From Podarcis muralis (Eukaryota), in assembly GCF_964188315.1 (NCBI RefSeq), contig NC_135660.1:79546001-79610000 (forward strand): a stretch of DNA of 64,000 nucleotides, written 5' to 3'. The notes beneath the pieces are model-generated. The model searched no databases. It was given only the letters and a program-made list of their open reading frames with translations, and had not been told where the DNA came from. A program made the position numbers and the translations under genes. Each line of letters opens with the position of its first letter. Positions within the stretch are counted from its first letter, which is position 1. Shown here piece after piece: positions 63,940 through 64,000 of this stretch.

Positions 63940-64000
63940 CTCTACACAACTGATGCAGTTTTATGTTTTATATGCATAAGTCTGTCACCACCAAATGTTG

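Overview
Vertebrate (eukaryotic) genomic DNA, almost certainly from a squamate and probably a lacertid lizard, judged from 13 Sauria/Squam1-type SINEs, BovB, young L2 and L1 LINE fragments and many hAT and Tc1/mariner MITEs. I reconstructed four intron-containing genes exon by exon. They are EXOSC3 (minus strand, complete, 253 aa), a head-to-head pair of DPY30-domain genes (DYDC2-position copy on minus, about 247-249 aa; DYDC1 on plus, 178 aa), and MAT1A (plus, coding exons 1-7; the last exons lie beyond the window). I found no prokaryotic systems, CRISPR arrays or true tRNA/rRNA genes, and nothing that I can defend as a wholly new biological system. The best leads are: (1) both DYDC copies carry a C-terminal motif I associate only with mammalian DYDC1, and the minus copy has a long acidic tail ending exactly at a MITE; (2) a phase-perfect 15 x 48-bp minisatellite, split by a SINE, that encodes a stop-free His-rich frame; (3) MAT1A lacks the NO-regulated gating-loop cysteine and has a CpG-rich promoter; (4) EXOSC3 sits inside the DYDC-MAT1A block; (5) several unusual transposon structures (a multi-layer nest, a MITE with a swapped core, SINEs sharing one tail with two different tRNA heads). 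Comparisons to human proteins and repeat consensuses are from memory and need confirmation by alignment.
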